Made by a program: the position numbers and the translations under genes | The notes under the pieces: generated by a model | The model's input: only the letters and a program-made list of their open reading frames with translations | Databases searched by the model: none | Told to the model about the DNA's origin: nothing | In this document: piece by piece, positions 61,872 through 64,000 of the stretch | Layout: each line of letters opens with the position of its first letter | Numbering within the stretch: position 1 is the stretch's first letter | DNA from: Calditrichales bacterium | GTDB lineage: Bacteria > Calditrichota > Calditrichia > Calditrichales > J004 | Assembly (NCBI GenBank): GCA_015493745.1 | Contig: WGCN01000056.1 | Location: forward strand, 51,888 to 115,887 | Direction: 5' to 3' | Length of the DNA stretch: 64,000 bases

Positions 61872-63209
61872 ATGTTACGGAAGCTTATCCTTCTAAGCGC
61901 GATGACGCTTATATTTACAATGACGGCCTGCACAGGATCGAAAAGCGGCAATGAAGCGCCAACCTTTAGCGATCAAACCGTGCAGAGCCAGGTTGACGAT
62001 TTGCTGGACAAAATAGACGATAATCCCTCAAACAGCGAGTATCGCCTGCAACTGGCCCAGATTTACCACGAAAACGGACAAAGCCTGGAAGCCCTAAAAC
62101 TTCTGGAAGAAGGGCTGGCCCTGGACCCCAATGATGTGGAGCTTAAGTTCAAATATGGTGAGATCGCCGAGGAAAAGGGGGATATGCGACGTGCTTTTAC
62201 CGCCTATAAAGAGGTGTTGCAAAGTGCTTCCGGCAATGATTACCTTGATCGCATCGCTCCCAAGTTTACCGACGCCTTTGTGGTGACGCCGCTGGTCAAC
62301 AGCCCGGCCAACGAAGCTTTCGGTTCCTTTAACGGTGATGGAAGCAAAATAATCTACCAGGCCGATCCCGACGGTAACTGGGACCTGTTTGAATATACCC
62401 TGGGCGATACCGCCTCCACCCGCCTGACACAAACGCCTTATCACGAGGAGAATCCGGCGTTTAACCCCAACGGCGAAGAGATTGTGTACACCTCCACCGA
62501 AGAGGATACCCGGGATGTGGAATACAGCCAGTTGGTACGCGATATTTATCTTTGGAATCTGACTAAAAGCCGTAAGACCAATTTAACGCAAAACAGTTCC
62601 GATGACTGGTTGCCGCGTTATTCCGAAAACGGCCAGGTGATCTCCTTCATTTCCGAAAGGGATGATTTGAGCGAAGCCCGATTTGACCAATTGTTAAGCG
62701 AGGTTTATGTTATGGAAAATGACGGGCGCTTTCAGCACCGTGTTACGCACAATGATTCCGAAGACGGCGGCGCCGTTGTAGCCCCCGGCAGTGACAAGGA
62801 TCAGGGTACGCTGTATTATGATAACAATGCCAGCGGTGTTTTTGAAATATATAAAAATGATTATACGGGTAAAAACGAACGACAAATCACCTTTAATCCT
62901 TCGGCCAATGATCTTTCTCCCGATATTTCCGCCAACGGAGACAAAATCGTTTTCTTTTCCGATCGCGACGGCAACTATGAACTTTATCTAATGAACAGTG
63001 ACGGTTCGGTTCCGGTGCGTCTGACTTCCAATCCCGGCAATGATCTCAATCCAGTATTCTCACCCGATGGTACTAAAATCCTTTTTCATTCCAACCGGGC
63101 CGGAAACTATGATCTCTACCTGATGGATCTGAGCCGACAGAACACGGGCGCGGTGCTGTATGATGTTTTGAACAGCATCGATCAGGCCTTAAACGCTCTG
63201 AATAAATAA
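61872..63209 (+). CDS. Lipoprotein with TPR and TolB-like PD40 beta-propeller repeats
   Basis: Lipobox MTAC; TPRs followed by repeats such as P.FSPDG..I.F.S.R.GNYDLY.M. Confidence 0.9.
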   Translation: MLRKLILLSAMTLIFTMTACTGSKSGNEAPTFSDQTVQSQVDDLLDKIDDNPSNSEYRLQLAQIYHENGQSLEALKLLEEGLALDPNDVELKFKYGEIAEEKGDMRRAFTAYKEVLQSASGNDYLDRIAPKFTDAFVVTPLVNSPANEAFGSFNGDGSKIIYQADPDGNWDLFEYTLGDTASTRLTQTPYHEENPAFNPNGEEIVYTSTEEDTRDVEYSQLVRDIYLWNLTKSRKTNLTQNSSDDWLPRYSENGQVISFISERDDLSEARFDQLLSEVYVMENDGRFQHRVTHNDSEDGGAVVAPGSDKDQGTLYYDNNASGVFEIYKNDYTGKNERQITFNPSANDLSPDISANGDKIVFFSDRDGNYELYLMNSDGSVPVRLTSNPGNDLNPVFSPDGTKILFHSNRAGNYDLYLMDLSRQNTGAVLYDVLNSIDQALNALNK

Positions 63210-63242
63210 ATGCGGAAAAAGTGACAACCTTCCTTACAGCTT

Positions 63243-63278
63243 AAAGTCCACGGAGTTTTCCGTGGACTTTCTTGTTTT
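63243..63278 (+). terminator. Intrinsic terminator
   Basis: AAAGTCCACGGA-GTTT-TCCGTGGACTTT perfect 12-bp stem followed by CTTGTTTT. Confidence 0.75.
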
Positions 63279-63379
63279 CAGGACTAAAATAGTTCGCGGA
63301 TGTGGCGGATGGCTAAAGTGTTCGTATGCCGGTTTTTCTTAACCGGCGAGATAACAGGACACCTCTCCCGCTTTGAATT

Positions 63380-63408
63380 TTGACAGAAAAGGTATACATA
63401 CGTATATT
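63380..63408 (+). promoter_or_regulatory. Sigma70 promoter for the helicase, overlapped by a TATAC-N4-GTATA palindrome
   Basis: TTGACA-17nt-TATATT; the inverted repeat spans 63393-63406. Confidence 0.65.
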
Positions 63409-63432
63409 CTTTTTTTCAAAGATGGAAATGCC

Positions 63433-64000
63433 ATGAATCTGGATCAGCTTATAGATTATCTTGCCAACGATAGCGGTTTTCAACAACGACTTAGCAAGTG
63501 GGTTACCCTGGCACCGAGGCCGGCCCGTTATGCGCCCTTTCCGGAAAACCTCCACCTGGCCATCGTGCAATCCCTGAAGAAAAAGGGAATTAAGCAGCTT
63601 TATACCCACCAGGCCGCCGCCTTTGAAACGGTGTCCCGGGGTGAGCATGTTGTCGTGGTGACACCGACAGCCTCGGGCAAGACACTGGCCTATAATCTTC
63701 CCGTGTTCAATACCCTCATGCACGATCCGGAAGCGCGGGCGCTCTATCTGTTTCCCACCAAGGCCCTGTCCCAGGATCAGTTAAAGGAAATCGAAGACCT
63801 CAAAGGTAAGCTGCAACTGCGCACAAAAGCCTACACCTTTGACGGAGATACGCCCGCCGATATCCGTCGCACCATCCGTACCGCCGGTAATTTGGTGGTT
63901 ACCAACCCGGATATGCTGCATCAGGGCATTTTGCCGCACCACACCCTATGGATAAAGTTATTTGAAAACCTAAAGTATGTAATCATCGATGAACTGCACA
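63433..64000 (+). CDS. DEAH-box helicase, MrfA/YprA (Hrq1/DUF1998) family, 3'-truncated; not in the ORF track
   Basis: Manual translation gives MNLDQLIDYL..LYTHQ..TPTASGKTLAYNLP..YLFPTKALSQDQ..DGDTP..TNPDMLH.GILPHH..YVIIDELH. Confidence 0.93.
   Translation, partial: MNLDQLIDYLANDSGFQQRLSKWVTLAPRPARYAPFPENLHLAIVQSLKKKGIKQLYTHQAAAFETVSRGEHVVVVTPTASGKTLAYNLPVFNTLMHDPEARALYLFPTKALSQDQLKEIEDLKGKLQLRTKAYTFDGDTPADIRRTIRTAGNLVVTNPDMLHQGILPHHTLWIKLFENLKYVIIDELH

Overview
A gene-dense, almost entirely chromosomal housekeeping window from a diderm bacterium of roughly 50% GC (estimated by eye). The mix of fused LpxC-FabZ, tamB-bamA, a GWxTD protein, bS22, RNase Y, SMC and split rfaE1/rfaE2 suggests an FCB-adjacent lineage such as Calditrichota; this is inference. 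Contents in order: fmt (5'-partial), a REC/HD-GYP protein, rny-iscA-def, an Fe-S oxidoreductase, an outer-membrane/lipid A cluster (tamB-bamA-skp-lpxD-lpxC/fabZ-lpxA), rseP, tRNA-Ile2(CAT), RNase P RNA, recJ, ggt, a hybrid histidine kinase, rfaE1/E2, an MltD-like enzyme, xseAB, nadK, a convergent minus-strand operon (two lipoproteins, PdxJ-like, GH2-like, smc, GWxTD), ligA, secDF, purA, mltG, a UvrD/PcrA helicase, two TPR proteins and a 3'-partial MrfA/YprA-type helicase. I saw no CRISPR array, transposase, integrase or prophage. Most notable points: (1) several apparent pseudo-enzymes, above all a PdxJ-fold protein and an HD-GYP domain that have lost nearly all catalytic residues; (2) the tightly coupled uncharacterised envelope operon around smc; (3) a 30-aa bS22-like ribosomal protein gene missing from the ORF track; (4) extra helices in the RNase P RNA; (5) a structured ~130-nt 3' region after the GWxTD gene; (6) a palindromic operator candidate over the helicase promoter. 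All motif comparisons were done by eye from remembered family consensus; no searches were run.
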